From NCBI RefSeq assembly GCF_009914755.1, contig NC_060944.1: DNA of 64,000 nucleotides, one strand, 5' to 3'. This document shows, piece by piece, positions 1 through 16,548 of the stretch (its first letter is position 1; the number at the start of each line of letters is the position of its first letter). The position numbers and the translations under genes are program-made. Below the pieces are notes generated by a model. That model was not told the DNA's origin and searched no databases. It was given only the letters and a program-made list of their open reading frames with translations. The stretch comes from the human T2T-CHM13v2.0 reference genome, Homo sapiens.

Positions 1-1200
1 CGCGCTGGGCCGCTGCTGTCCTGGCCGTGACCCGATGTTTGTCGCCCGCGGGCCCCCGCGCTGCTTCTGCGACCAAGCGTGCGGCGCGGCGCGGGACTGC
101 TGCGCAGACTATACGCGGGTCTGCCCAGGTGCACCCGGGGAAAGGCAAGGCACTAGCGGAACGCTCGGAGCGGAGGGGAGCTGGGGCGGGGGATGAGCGG
201 AGGAAGGGAGCCCAGCACCTAGGGGGCTCTGGGCTTGGAGGGGTCACACGAGCCGAGGGCGGGGCGCGGCGCTTGGGGACTGGAAGGGTGCGCCGCGGGG
301 CAGACGGGACGTGCAGGGGGTCGCGCGGGCAAGGAGGGACGCAGACACTCAGGACCTAAAGGGGAAGCACTGGCTGTGGAGCTGCGAGCCGAGAAAGACG
401 CGCAGGTTATGAACCTGGGTGCGTTCATCTCGGGGGACCTGAAGGAGAGGGACTCGTGGAGAGTTGAGGGGTGTTTCGGAGGAGGGGCGCAAGGACTGCT
501 CACAGGACTTGAAGGGCGGCAGGAAGGTGGAGGATTCGGCCCAGGTGCGGGACGCAGGCGGTGGAAGGGAAATGAGCACAAGAGGCGCAGGCAGGAAGGA
601 GAGCGCCTGGTGCGAGAGAGGAAGGAGCGCACCCGGTAAGCGGTGTCGGGGGGGTCGTGAAGCTTGGAGGGCTTCGAGGGGAGGGAGGCGCTTGGGTTGA
701 GGTAGGGCGCCAGATTTCGCAAATCAAAATACAGCACACCCAGTTAAACTCGAATTTCAGATAAACAAATCTTTCTAGAGAAAAATATGTCCTAAATATC
801 GCATGGGATATACTTATACTAAAAAATTATTTGTTGTTTTTCTGAAATTGAAATCTAACTCGGAGTCCTGTATTTTATCTGAGAGCCCCAGCTGGGGACG
901 GGCGCGGGGCCAAGAGAGCTGCGAGGGAGGAGGGGTTGCAAGCTTCTTTCGGGCGGAGGGGTCACAAGGCGAATGGAGAAGGTGACAAGGAGCATGGAGA
1001 AACCAAGAAAAGGGCTAACGCTTGGAGAGCAAGGATGGAAAGACGCTCAAAGCGGAGGCGGAACGGTCTGAGTGATTCCAAAACTAGTGTGTCCAAGCTG
1101 GTTAGAACTCAGGCAGGCGGGTCCAGAAGCCGAGGGGCCTGACAGATACGCAGGTGAAGTCCATCTGTGGTCCGCGTGCTGGGCGTGGCCACCGGGCTAG
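1..1200. promoter_or_regulatory. CpG island (right part, truncated by window start)
   Basis: Very high GC and CpG density, GC boxes (GGGGCGGGG at 184-192), sharp drop after ~1.2 kb. Confidence 0.9.
703..890. mobile_element. MER53 palindromic MITE
   Basis: AT-rich insert in the CGI with inverted arms (aaaatacagcacacccagttaaactcgaatttcagataaacaa / ttgtttttctgaaattgaaatctaactcggagtcctgtatttt) matching the MER53 consensus as I recall it. Confidence 0.85.
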
Positions 1201-1279
1201 TCCAAGCATTCCTGGTAAAGGCTCCTCCAGAGTGGTACCCACAGCGCTCTATTAAGGGCTATTTTAGTTGAGTCATTAG

Positions 1280-1504
<225 letters not shown>

Positions 1505-1697
1505 TAAAGTTTTCACACCCACTGGAGACAAAAAAAAATCTAAATTCTGTCACCCTGTAAAACGGTTATGACCCAACTTTCCTATGTCAGGGAGGAAAGT
1601 GATTGATTGGGCCCCTCTACCGTGTGATATCACTAGAGCTTCCTTCAGAAATTTGTTTTAAAAGACAGAGAGGGCGCTTTTAAAAAAATGCATAATG

Positions 1698-2015
1698 GGT
1701 CGGGCACAGTGGCTCATGCTTGTAATCCCAACACTTGGGGAGGCTGTGGGAGGATCATTTGAGGCCAGGAGTTCGAGACCAGCCTGGGCAATATTGGAAG
1801 ACCCAGTCTCTACAAAAAATTAAAAAAAAATTAGCCTCAAATGGTGATGACTGCCTGTAGCACCAGCTACTCAGGAGACTGAGGTGGGAGAATCACTTGA
1901 GCCCAGGAGGTTGAGCCTGCAGTGAGCTATGATTATGCCACTGCACTCCAGCCTGGGTGACAGAGCGAGATCATGTCTCAAAAATAAATAAATAAATAAA
2001 TAAATAAATAAAAAT
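1698..2015 (+). mobile_element. AluJ with (AAAT)n tail
   Basis: Dimeric Alu, AluJ-type gagcccaggagg, microsatellite tail. Confidence 0.9.
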
Positions 2016-2914
2016 GTAAGGGACCTAACATCCATTAATCACCTATCCCTCTGTGCCCAGAAGCTGGGCTGGATGTCCCCTGGAACCTGAATACATTCTC
2101 CCTGCCCTCTGGGGTTCAGGTATGGAATAACATCCCTGTTTAGCAGTCAAGAAAAGCAAGGCTCAGAGAGGAGAGGGCTTTGGGCAGTCAAGAATTCCCA
2201 GCCAGTGGAGGAGCTGGGTCTGATTCTGAGTCTTCTAGCTCCTTGCTGCCAGGAGTGGCCAACGTTGGAAATTCAGGCAGCAGTGAGATGAGAAAGTAAT
2301 TTTGGATGTGGTGTCTTCTCAAGCCATAGGCAAAAGAGAACTCCTTCCAGATTAAATTTGGGGAAGGACTGCCTGGGGGTGCTTTTGTACTGGTTGGTTT
2401 TCTGTGTAGAGAGTTCATGCAGCCGCGGGTCTGTACAGATTGGAGCTGAAGTCCCAGGTTAGCACCACCAACAGGGGCTCCCCTGCCACAGCGCAGGAGT
2501 GGGGGCCCAGGATGGGTCCAGGCAAAGGCATCAGTGATACTTTCTCATGGTCTGACCGACACCCACAGAATCACACAATGTTAGCCCCTCCCAAGAGATG
2601 TCCTTTCTATACGGAGTGGGGGCTGGAGGAACCAGGAGCCTCAAAGCTTTGCTTTCACCTTTGTTTTGCTCTTTTGGGATCTGCCTCCTTATCTGGAGCA
2701 GGGTCTTGTGAAGAGACGCAGGGAAAAGTTCACTTTCCACCTCCCAGGGGAGCAGGCAGGAGGGGACTAGTTAGGAGGCAAAAGATGTAGAGAAGTATTT
2801 GCTTTTTTCATGGGCTATTTTTAGGAGATAAAGTCAACTGCCTTAAGTGATCAATTGTAATAGAGGGAGATGTTGAAGATGACTTAAAAAACAAACAAAA
2901 TCCGCAAACAACAA

Positions 2915-3140
2915 ATCTAATATTTATGAAATACCAAATGTCAGGAAGGTACTATTTTAAGTGCTTGAAGTAAATTGTCTCATTTAAGCCTCATAATAAC
3001 GCTATGGAACAGTGTTATCATGTCTGTTTTACAGATGAGGAACTAAGGCACAGAGAGGTTAAGTGACGTGTTCTGGGTTGCACAGCTCTTAAACAGCAGA
3101 TCTGGGATTTGCACTCCAGCAGTCTGACTCCAGATCTCAA
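2915..3140 (-). mobile_element. MIR
   Basis: MIR core ttttacagatgaggaactaaggcacagagaggttaagtgac. Confidence 0.8.
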
Positions 3141-3213
3141 TATTGTATAGCAGCTCAAGGGTGGCAGAGACTCAAGAATGTTAGGAGAGGGAAGCTTGAG
3201 TCTACAGGTGTAA

Positions 3214-3631
<418 letters not shown>

Positions 3632-3989
3632 TCAATTACAATTGGTGGCCACCTTCTGTGTGCCCAATTCAGCTAGAAGCACTGGGGGATGGAAGCAAGG
3701 CTGGAGTTCTGGTACCCCTCAAGCTTATTGTCTATTTTTGGGAGACAAGGTAGTTGGGAAAGGAATAAATAATTTCAGTCTGAGCAAGGTGAAGCTTGGA
3801 AATGATTGGTGAGGATGGTGTGGAAGCAGGGAGAGAGTGGGGCTGGAGTGATTAGTAAGGCCTTGAAAGATAGACACCACTGTATTTTCCAAGTTATTTA
3901 CAGAATGTTTCCATGTATTCTATACTTCTTAAATATCATCTCAACCCTGTATGGTTGATGTCCCTACATATACACTTATGTGTTTCCTG

Positions 3990-4525
3990 TAGACTTAGTA
4001 CTCTTAGGGTTGTGACACAATTTAACTTAAGTTAACAAGGATATTTATTGGCTTAGGTAACTAAAGAACAACCCAGGGATTCCAGAGCTTCAGGCATGAC
4101 TGGATCCAGGGGCTCCAAGGATGTCATCAGGACTCTATCTCTTTCCATTCTTCGGCTTTTCTTGTGTTAACTTCATTTACAGGCATGCTGTCACCAAGTG
4201 GTAGCAAAGCTAGTGGTCAAAGACAGTAGCTGTAAACTGCCATCCTTAATGGATTGAGAGCATTTTTCCCCAGTTCCAGCCAAAATCCCAGGGCTGGTTC
4301 TCATGGGCTCAGTTTGGATTAAATGGTCATTGCTGACCCAATCAATCACTGAACCCAGGGAGAAGGAATATATCAACTGGCCATGTGGGGGTCACCTGCC
4401 TCATACCAGGAACGAGAGGGTGCGATCAGCCCTGTCCAAACCATGTGGATTGAGAGTGGGGAGTTTTGGTTTCTCAGAAGAAAACTGAGGTGGTATTCCC
4501 AGAAGATGGGGGAAAGGAGGCTGGG
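3990..4525. mobile_element. Old MaLR LTR (MLT1J/K/L-like)
   Basis: The gcttcaggcatgactggatccaggggctc motif is shared with copies at ~10600 and ~25940. Confidence 0.65.
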
Positions 4526-4876
4526 AGGGTACTACTCAGCTGTGGGAGACCACGTGCTTTGGGAAACTTTGGGTAAAGTGTGCTGAGATGTTGAATAGGA
4601 GGAGGGCACGGTAAATGACTGTGGATGAGTTGCAGGAAAATGTAGATTTTTAGCCACTGAGCTTGGGGGTCTCCATCTATGATCCACTGTCAAAAAAGAT
4701 CCTTCGTGAACCCCCTCAATAGGAGATGGGAACCACTGAGGGATTTCAGGGAACAGGCCAGAACTGTATTCTAGAAAATCCTTTTGGTAGACAATAAGGA
4801 GGGCAGATGGTAAGGAGGCTGGGCAGTGTGGTTCAGAGGAGAAAGCGGGGTTTGGATAATGCAGAAAGACATTCCT

Positions 4877-5297
<421 letters not shown>

Positions 5298-5984
5298 TCA
5301 GTGAGCAGCCTTACCACCGCCCTACCCCTTTCTGTAAGGCTGGGAAGCTAGAATTTCTTCTTTGGTCAGGAAAAGTGGGCTGGGCTTTGCTTTGAGAAAC
5401 ACTGCTATCTGGTGTTGCCTTTTTGCAATGTCAGCCTGTGGTTATATTTCCTTTGTTGTTGCTAAGGCAAGATTTGCTCACTCATTGTTCAGTGGCACAT
5501 CACTTCCTGAGTTGCTGTGTGCCAGGCCCTGTGCTTGGTGATGGGATACAGCAGGGAACATGACAAATGAGGACCCTATTGTTGTGGAGCTGACACTCTA
5601 ATGGAGGAGGCAGACACTACGAGAATAACCACAGATGTACTGAGTTTGTGATCCTGGGCCTATGCGAGGGGTGATGATGGTTCCCTCTTGTGTGCGTGCT
5701 GCCAGTGAGACGGGTAGAACACGTGCAGGGTGGTGCCTGCCTAATTTTCCGCAAAATCTCTCACCTGCCTGGCAGGCAGGGCAGGAGATCGTGGTGGACT
5801 TTGGGGATACCCCTTGGTCCAGCTGTCCAGCCAGTGCCTGAATCTGGTCTGCAGTCTTCCTGCCAGGTTTTTTAGCCACATTGTGAACACTTTCAGTGAC
5901 ACAAAACTCATTCTTCTAGCAGCTTCTTCTACTGTAGATAATCCTTTCTCTCCTGGGAAACCGCAGGAGCCATCATGCTTCTGC

Positions 5985-6650
5985 CCTCACCCCCACCCAG
6001 AGAGATGGGCAGTCATCCTTTTGAAACCTTTGGTATCACCACGTCACATCTCTGCTCAGAACTCGGCAATGGCTTTTCGTCATGCCTAGAATAAAATCTG
6101 AACTCCTTACAACAGTCCTCAAGGCCCTATATGCTATCTTTGTCCCCTCCCTCTCTGATGTCACCTCCTACCACTTTTCCTCTGGCTTATTTTCCTGCAG
6201 CGACACTGGCCTCCTCACTGTCCCTCTGATATCCTACCTTTACCCTGCCTCAGCGACTTTGCACTGCCTGTTTTGTGCCTGGAATACAGTTCCCTTCCTA
6301 CACAGTTCCCTTCATCACTTTCTTGGGGGCTCTGTTCAGATGTCCTTGTCTTGGAGGACTTCCTTGACTCCTGCCTAAAATAGTTTCTTGTTACACCACC
6401 CTTGGCACTCTTTCTTTTTTTCCCTGCCTCTCTCTCAACCCTGGCCACTCTTGACCTGCTGTTTTTTCTCAAAGCACAGATCACTAGTTGAAATTACATG
6501 GTTGCATGTTATTGTTTATTGTCTGTTTCCCCCACTGAATGTCAGCTCCTTGAGGGCAGGGCTGTACCTGTTTTGGTCATCTGTGTTCCCAGCACCCAGC
6601 CCAGTGCTCTGCACACAGTAGGTCCTAAATTGTTGTTGAACGAATGCATA
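5985..6650 (+). mobile_element. L2 3' fragment
   Basis: L2 3' end features (aatgtcagctccttgagggcaggg ... acacagtagg ... ttgttgaacgaatg). Confidence 0.7.
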
Positions 6651-7169
6651 AAGACCATTGAACTGGGCATTTACAGTATGGCCAGTGCTTTGCATTCGCC
6701 ATTGCAACAAACCCGAGACTGTGGTTCAAATCCAGGTTTGTCTGACTCTACATCCTTGGCTCAACTTAGGGATTCTGCCTCTTAAGCCCCAGTGGCCTCA
6801 TCTCTGAGCTGGGTTTGACAATAGTGCAAACACATTAGGAGTTGGGGACCTGGCAAGTGACAGATGGTACCCCCAGAAGGGTATAATAGAAAACAAGGGC
6901 TCTATTCACAGAGGTGGGGGCAGCAGTACAGGACAGGAGGAAATGGTGTTATTGGAGCCTGTGAGAGTAGGATCCGCAGCCAAGGGCCCCCTTCCCCAAA
7001 ATGGGGGACAATAAACACCTTGGGTGCACTCTCCTCCTGCCCTCTGCTCCTCTCATCCCCGCTGGTGTTCCCCACTGGTTCAACTCTACTGGCAGCCAGG
7101 GAGAGGCTGGGAGATGCACAGGCTTGCTGGGGGTTGAGTATGGAGAGGGAGTACAGAGTTTCAGGAGAC

Positions 7170-7333
7170 TGTTGTGAGGATTAAATGAAGTCATGTATGG
7201 GACTTGCTTGGTTTAGCATCCAAAGCACAATGAACGGGGTTATTAGATGGATGTTGTGAGAATTAAATGAAGTCATGTATGGGACTTGCTTGGTTTAGCA
7301 TCCAAAGCACAATGAACGGGGTTATTAGATGGA
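7170..7333. repeat. Two-copy 82-bp tandem duplication
   Basis: 7170-7251 and 7252-7333 are identical except one G/A. Confidence 0.95.
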
Positions 7334-8259
7334 TGATGAAAGCACTTGATCAGTCTTAGGTTGCCACACTGGGTGTCTCCCCTCCCTCCTCCTTCTTGCC
7401 CTCCCTCTTTCTGTTTCCTTTCTTCTCTTGTTTACCTTCCTTTCTTTCTTTTTCCTTCCTTCCCTCTGAGCTTTTCAACTCTGCTAAGATGGGCAGATTG
7501 AAGGATTGTTTGCTCCAAGAAAAAAATTTTAAACCTCTGAGATTTATGCAAAGAATATGTGACTTCCTGACCTTCCAGAGGCACTGCTGCTTGTCTTTGG
7601 CACAATAACGCCATTCCTTCATCAAGGATGCACATGATTTTTTCCCTCTTCACATTTTCACGTTGCTGAATTAGGACATGTCTCATAGCTGGGAGGGCTT
7701 TTCCTGAAGACAGACCTCATCTTTCTTGTTAAACGCTGTGTCTCCAGCACCCAAGACAGTTCTGGGCTCGCTGCAGATGCTTGGTAAATATTTGGGGTAT
7801 GAGTGAATTAATTCTGACAGTGGTGGCCGCCTTGCATGTGCAGCAAATGTGTGTGTGTGCCGCTGACAAAACTTGCTGGCACATCCGTAGAAAGTCTCTC
7901 GCTGGGGAAGTGCCCAGATTCCGTTTCTGCTAGACTGCCTTTCCCTGTCTGATTTGCTCTGGTCCTGATCTGGGAGTGTGGACTTGGAATGAAGAAGTGT
8001 CGGTCCCAGCGGGGACATCATTAGAAATACCACCTGTGGTAGACATGTGAAGCACCTCAAGGATGGGGGAACCCAGCACGTTCCTTTTGTGATGATGAAA
8101 TATTTCCGACATACACCACCAATGTAGAGAGATAATACAACAAACCCTCGGGAAAAGCTAAGAAACAAACCTTGACAATTGCCACTGCAGTGTCTGTTTC
8201 CCTCCTGTAGTCACCTGCTGTCCCACTCTCCCCAGAGATTGTCACAATGCTGAATTTGA

Positions 8260-9175
<916 letters not shown>

Positions 9176-9204
9176 ATATATATGTATTTACTATGCCTGT
9201 ATGA

Positions 9205-9589
<385 letters not shown>

Positions 9590-10504
9590 TTAGACATGTG
9601 AATCCTTTTGCAAGTAATTTATTTCCCCTTCAGGTTACTGACAGTGTAGCTGTGGCTCATTTTCACTGATGTAGAGGAATAGTTAGTGCTTATTAAACAC
9701 CTGCTATGTGCTGGGAGCAAATGCTTTATATTTCATATTTGGTTGAACCCTTAAGGCCACCCTATCAGTTAGATACTATTCTTATTCCCATTTGACAAAA
9801 GAAGAAATTGAAGCATCAGTTGCCCTAAGTGCTTAGGAAATGTTTATTGAAGGAATGAGTGATGGAGACGACCTAAGTGATCATCAATAAGATGATTGGA
9901 TAAAGGTGGAATTCTAAGTTTAGGTGAACATATGAAGAGTTGTCATAGGGAAACTTTCAAGGAAGGCATAGACTGAGGTTTGCAAGAGTTCTAGCACTTG
10001 GTGTGGTGTTTTGGGGGTTCAGATTGTGGGGAAGGTGGAGAAGACCTGGATGCTGGCTAGCTAAACCCCACAGAGGTCTCCCTTGCAGACACCACCTTCT
10101 CTTCCAGCAGTCTCCTGCACTGTGGCACAGTGGAGTGGCTGCAGTCGCTGTGTGAAACCTGCCAGGTCTCCTACCATGTACACCGGAGGCGTGTCCTGCA
10201 GGAGCCGAGGAATGGGGGTGTCCCCTTCCCGCTGCTGGAAGAGCGGGCTGGCTGTGTGGAGTACTGGAGCCACCAGGGAGTGGAGTGCCAGCAGTCATTG
10301 CATGAGTGGGGATGGGCCCCAGGGGTGGCTCTCAGTGGGAACAGTCAGGCTGGACTGCAGGGCCCTCCATGAGTTCTTGGGTAGGGTCTGAGTTTGGAAT
10401 GGGGCTTTGCCTTCCTTTGCCCTGATCCCCCTTCTCATCTTGTGAATGAGTTCAGAAGCTCTGAACTCCACTGGGCTTCTCAGTCTTCTTTCTGCTCCTC
10501 TCCC

Positions 10505-10810
10505 TGTGTGAATCAGTCAGGACTTTGTATGCAGGTGATAGGAGACCCAACTTAACCTGAACTGAGCAAAACTGTGTGGCTCCTGTAACTAAAATTCCAG
10601 GGGCTGCATTCAGGCATGGCTGGATCCAGGAGCTCAAGCAATGTTGCCAGGAATCTCTCTCCATGTCTCAGCTCTGTTTTCCTCTCAGTTGGCCTCATTC
10701 TCAGGCAGGCTTTTCCCTGTAATGGTCTTTGACAGCTTCAGGCTTCCCTCTAACCAGCCTAACAGCTGAAGAGAAGGCCTCTTTCCCCATAGTTCCAGCA
10801 AATATCCTAG
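10505..10810. mobile_element. Old MaLR LTR fragment
   Basis: cattcaggcatggctggatccaggagctca MLT1 motif. Confidence 0.6.
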
Positions 10811-10814
10811 GATA

Positions 10815-10935
10815 TTTGTGGTGGTGCGCACACCCGAAGTCCCAGCTGCTCGGGAAGCTGACGCAGGAGGATCACTTGAGCCCAGAAGTTTGAGGTTGTA
10901 GTGAACTGATTGCACTACAAGACCCTGTCTCTAGA
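10815..10935 (+). mobile_element. Alu monomer fragment
   Basis: Right-arm-like Alu sequence followed by (TCAA)n. Confidence 0.75.
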
Positions 10936-11365
10936 GATCAATCAATCAGTCAATCAATCAAAAGGTCGTTCTGACTGTTATGTGGACAGCAGACTGAGAG
11001 GGGTCAGAGGGAATCAGGGAGCCTAGGGAAGAGGTGGCTGCAATGGTTCAGGCAAGAGACTATGGTGGTTGAACCAGGGAGGTGGCAGTGGGGTGATGAA
11101 AAGTGGGAGTGTTGCTTCCTCTGCTTGAAATCCTTCTCCCTACCCCCAGCCACTCCCATCCAGCCATTCCTGGGTCATCACTTCCTGTAAAGATGTCAGT
11201 TTCCCTGAGGAAGATCGGGAAGATCATCCTGACTTGCTAATATGTGCCAAGTGCCTCACCACATGACCTGACTCTGTGAGGTCAGTGTTACTATTCTCTT
11301 CTTACAGACAGGGAAACCGAGGCTCAAGGAGGTGACAAAGCTTGTCCAAGTCACATGGCTATTGA

Positions 11366-11731
<366 letters not shown>

Positions 11732-12361
11732 TCAGAATGTAGTAAGGTGATATATGATGAGCACCTACTACATAAGTGCTCAATAAACAGCAGCTGAATT
11801 ATTTTCTTTGCTCACCGTTACAGCCATGAGGCTCTGATCTTTATGACTGATCCCTTGAATCTTCTTTCAAAACATCTCACCTCTGTATTTGAGGGCTTGT
11901 CCCTTCACCATAGCATGAGAGCAACAGCTGCATCACAGTAGCTAACAATGTCAAGCAAATTACAAAGGGAAGAAACACTCACTGAGTACCTGCCTTGTGC
12001 CAGACCCTCGACCAATGTTACATTACATTCTGACAATAACACCAGGATGTAGATACTGATATTATCCCCATTTTGCAGTTAAGAAGAATGAGGCTCAGAC
12101 AGGTGCAGTAACTTGATCAAGGTCACTCAGCTATAACAAGGGGAGTTGGGACTAACCTGGGCTTAGCTGGGGCTCTCCTTACTGCTCTAGGTGACACCAA
12201 AAGTACAACTACAGCTGTTGGAAGAGGGAAGGGAGGCTGTGTGTTAGGGATTCCTAAGGAATCACGAACCTCTTGTGAAATGATTATCAATTCTCTTCTA
12301 TGTTCTCCTCTGTTTGATCTAGAAAGGAAGAAACTTGGAAGCTGGCCAAGTAAAATAATTT

Positions 12362-12820
12362 TATTCATTCATTTGTCTTTCTATCAATCCATCCCCCTAT
12401 ACCTCCTTTCTTCCATCCTTCCATTGTTACATTCACTCATTCATCTATTCTCCCATCCATCCATCCATCCATCCATCCATCTACTCGTTCATCTAGCCAT
12501 TTCCACTCATCTCTCTGCATTCTTCTATCTTCTTCCATTCTACCTTCTTCCATTCTTCTATCTTCCCATCCATCCATCCATCCAGCTATCCATCCATCTA
12601 TCTACCCATCCATTTTTTATTCATTCACCTATCCATCCACTTGTCAACTCTCCATCCATCCTTTCCATTCATCCTCTCTTCCACCCATCCATCTTTCTAC
12701 TCATCTCTCTGTCTCTCCTTTTCTTCCAGCCTCTCATCTTCCCATTTATCTACCTATTATACATCCATTCTTCCTTTCTTCCATCATTTCAGCTATCTAT
12801 CCATTTATTCATTTAGTCAT
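12362..12820. repeat. Degenerate (TCCA/TTCA)n low-complexity tract
   Basis: ~460 bp of CCAT/TCAT units, strongly G-poor on + strand. Confidence 0.9.
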
Positions 12821-12902
12821 TGACTTTAAACATTTTATTTTCTTCTTTTAAAATTATTTAATTAATTTTTTGCCTTTCCTATGGTGCTGATAGTTATTGA
12901 CT

Positions 12903-13241
12903 CTTTTTTCTTTGTTTTTTTTTTTTGTTTGTTTTTTTTTCTGTTTTTTTTTTTTTTTTTTGTTTTTTTGAGTCTAGGTCTTGCTGTATTGCCCAAGGCT
13001 GGAGGACAGTGATGCAATCATGGCTCCCTGCAGCCTTGATCTTCTGAGCTCAGGTGATCCTCCCCTTTTAGCTTCCCAGGTAGCTGAGACTACAGGTGCA
13101 CGCCATCACATCTGGCTAATTTTTGCAGGATGAGGTTTCACCATGTTGCCTAGGCTGGTCTCAAATTTTTGGGCTCTAGCAATTCTCCTCCCTCGGCCTC
13201 CCAAAATGGTGGGATTACAGGCATGAGACATTGCTCCTGGC
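12903..13241 (-). mobile_element. AluJ
   Basis: Diverged antisense Alu with long T-rich tail. Confidence 0.88.
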
Positions 13242-13680
13242 TGACTAACTCTTTTATCTACTCTATTAAAAAAATCATTCACTTATTCATTCAGCAAATC
13301 ATTCATTCAAAAAGAATTTTTGAGACCACACCAGGCCCTGAAGTCTCAGAGATAACTATGATCCTGCTTCCAGCACTATAAAGGGCACTGGTAGGGATTA
13401 TCTACCCAGTTCAAAGATCCTACAGTCTCTTTAGGGCTGTCTTGTAAGTGACTTGGATACCAGAGGTACCAAGCTCGGTGTCCCTATGGTGCCATAGCCT
13501 GGGATGTGGTCCGCCCTAACTCTGTTTTCTCCTTGACCCACAGTCCCTGCTTTGATAACCACAGGCAGCTACGGGAAAGAGTGGGAAAAGTGAGATAGTC
13601 CCAAGAAACAGGCAACAGCAGGGTAAGTGAAAATCAATCAACCTAAAGTCAAACTAAAATTTGTGAACATGTTTCCTTGA

Positions 13681-14001
<321 letters not shown>

Positions 14002-14129
14002 CAAAATTTCATTTATCACGTCTTTCTCTTACTTTGGCAACATCCATATCTCCCCGTTTGTCACCTTGTTACACCTGCAAGCTCATTAACATGGATTTTA
14101 AAGTCCCCAATGATTGGTCTCCATTCAAC

Positions 14130-14870
14130 TTCATTCATTCACCCATTCATTCAACTTTGATTGAGTGCCTACTATGTGACAGGTACTGTGCTAGTCCTTG
14201 GGTTATGGCAAGGAACAAAAAAGACAGAAATACTTGGTCCTCATTGAGTGGACAGTCTAGTGGGAGGAGAGAGACAAAAAACAAATAACATGTTGGAGCC
14301 TAAGTGCCATGGAGAAGATAAAGCAGGGAAGGGGGTAGGGGTGCCCTGAGAAGGTGACATTTGAACTAAGATCTGGAGGAGGAGATCTGGGGGAAGAGTG
14401 TGCCTGGAAGAGGGAAACAGCAAGTGCAAAAGTTCTGGGGCAGGGCATGCCTAGTGTGTTCAAGGATCAGCAAGAAGGCGGGTATAGTTTGAGTGCAGGG
14501 AGAGAGTAGGAAATGAGGTTGAAAAGATAACAAGGTAGGAGGTAGATCCTGTGGGGCCTGTAGGCTGTGTTGAGGAGTTGCGCACTTTCTCTCATGAGGT
14601 GGGAGTCATGGTAGGGTTTTTAGCAGAGGAGTGACATGATCTGACTTAAGTCTTCACAGGATTCCTTGGGATCCTACTTGGACAATGGATAGAGGAGAAG
14701 CAAGGGGGTAACTCGGGAGACCAATGAGGAGGCAATTGCAGTGGTCCAGGCGAGGGAAGAAGGTGGTTTGGACCAGGGTGGTTTCGTCGTACCTTGTGAA
14801 GGATGGATTGTGGGGACTGGCGACAGATCAGCGTGTTGTGGGATCGCGGAGCTGAGGTCAAATTTCCAGG
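14130..14870 (-). mobile_element. L2 fragment
   Basis: cattcattca tail plus typical antisense L2 body. Confidence 0.7.
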
Positions 14871-15479
14871 ACAGTGCCTGGCTCATGATAGGTACTCAGT
14901 AAATATCAGTTGAAAGAATAAGGTCTGAACTAAGTCAGTGGCAATGGAGATGGACAGGAGAACTAAAAGGGTTAGGATTCTTTTGATTGCAAGTGACAGA
15001 AACTTAGCTCAGACTGCGTCAAGTGAAAAGGTGAAGTATTGGTTTAGATAACCGGGAGGGAAGTTCTGAAATAACATTACTTCAAGCAGGGCTGGCGCCA
15101 ACGGTGTGTGTAAGGCCGTCAGGGCTGGCTCTCGTCCCCTCTCTTTCTGTCACTCGCTCCATGGGTTGACTTTATTCTCAAGCAGGCTCTTTCCCTGTGG
15201 TGGTCAAGATGGGCATCTTGCAGAGATTGTGGGGATAAGCAGCCCCACATCCTCCCAGATCAGTAACCCCAAAAGTGTCCTCTTGGAAGTCTCAGCGGAT
15301 CATATCTGGAGGAGACCCCGATTGGGTCTGCTTGGATCCTGGGCCCATCCCTGAACCAGTCGTCGTGGCCAGGAAGATGGGGAACTCTGGTCGGTCAACT
15401 CCAATCACATACCCGCCTTAGTGGCAGCTGTGGGAGCCACGGCCAGGCCGGCTGAGTGATGGCCCCTCCAAGACCATAG

Positions 15480-16200
<721 letters not shown>

Positions 16201-16228
16201 TAATAAAATAGGATCTTTTGAAAGAACG

Positions 16229-16548
<320 letters not shown>

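Noticed and set aside
27-739. Overlapping Gly/Arg/Pro-rich ORFs in the CpG island
   Set aside because: Expected from stop-codon scarcity at very high GC. Mostly non-ATG starts and no homology recognised.
1664-1679. CTCF-like AGAGGGCGC (similar partial matches at ~19228, ~31130, ~53905)
   Set aside because: Only half of the core matches in each case.
12241-12816. 191-aa hydrophobic/His-rich ORF
   Set aside because: Translation of the (TCCA)n low-complexity tract.
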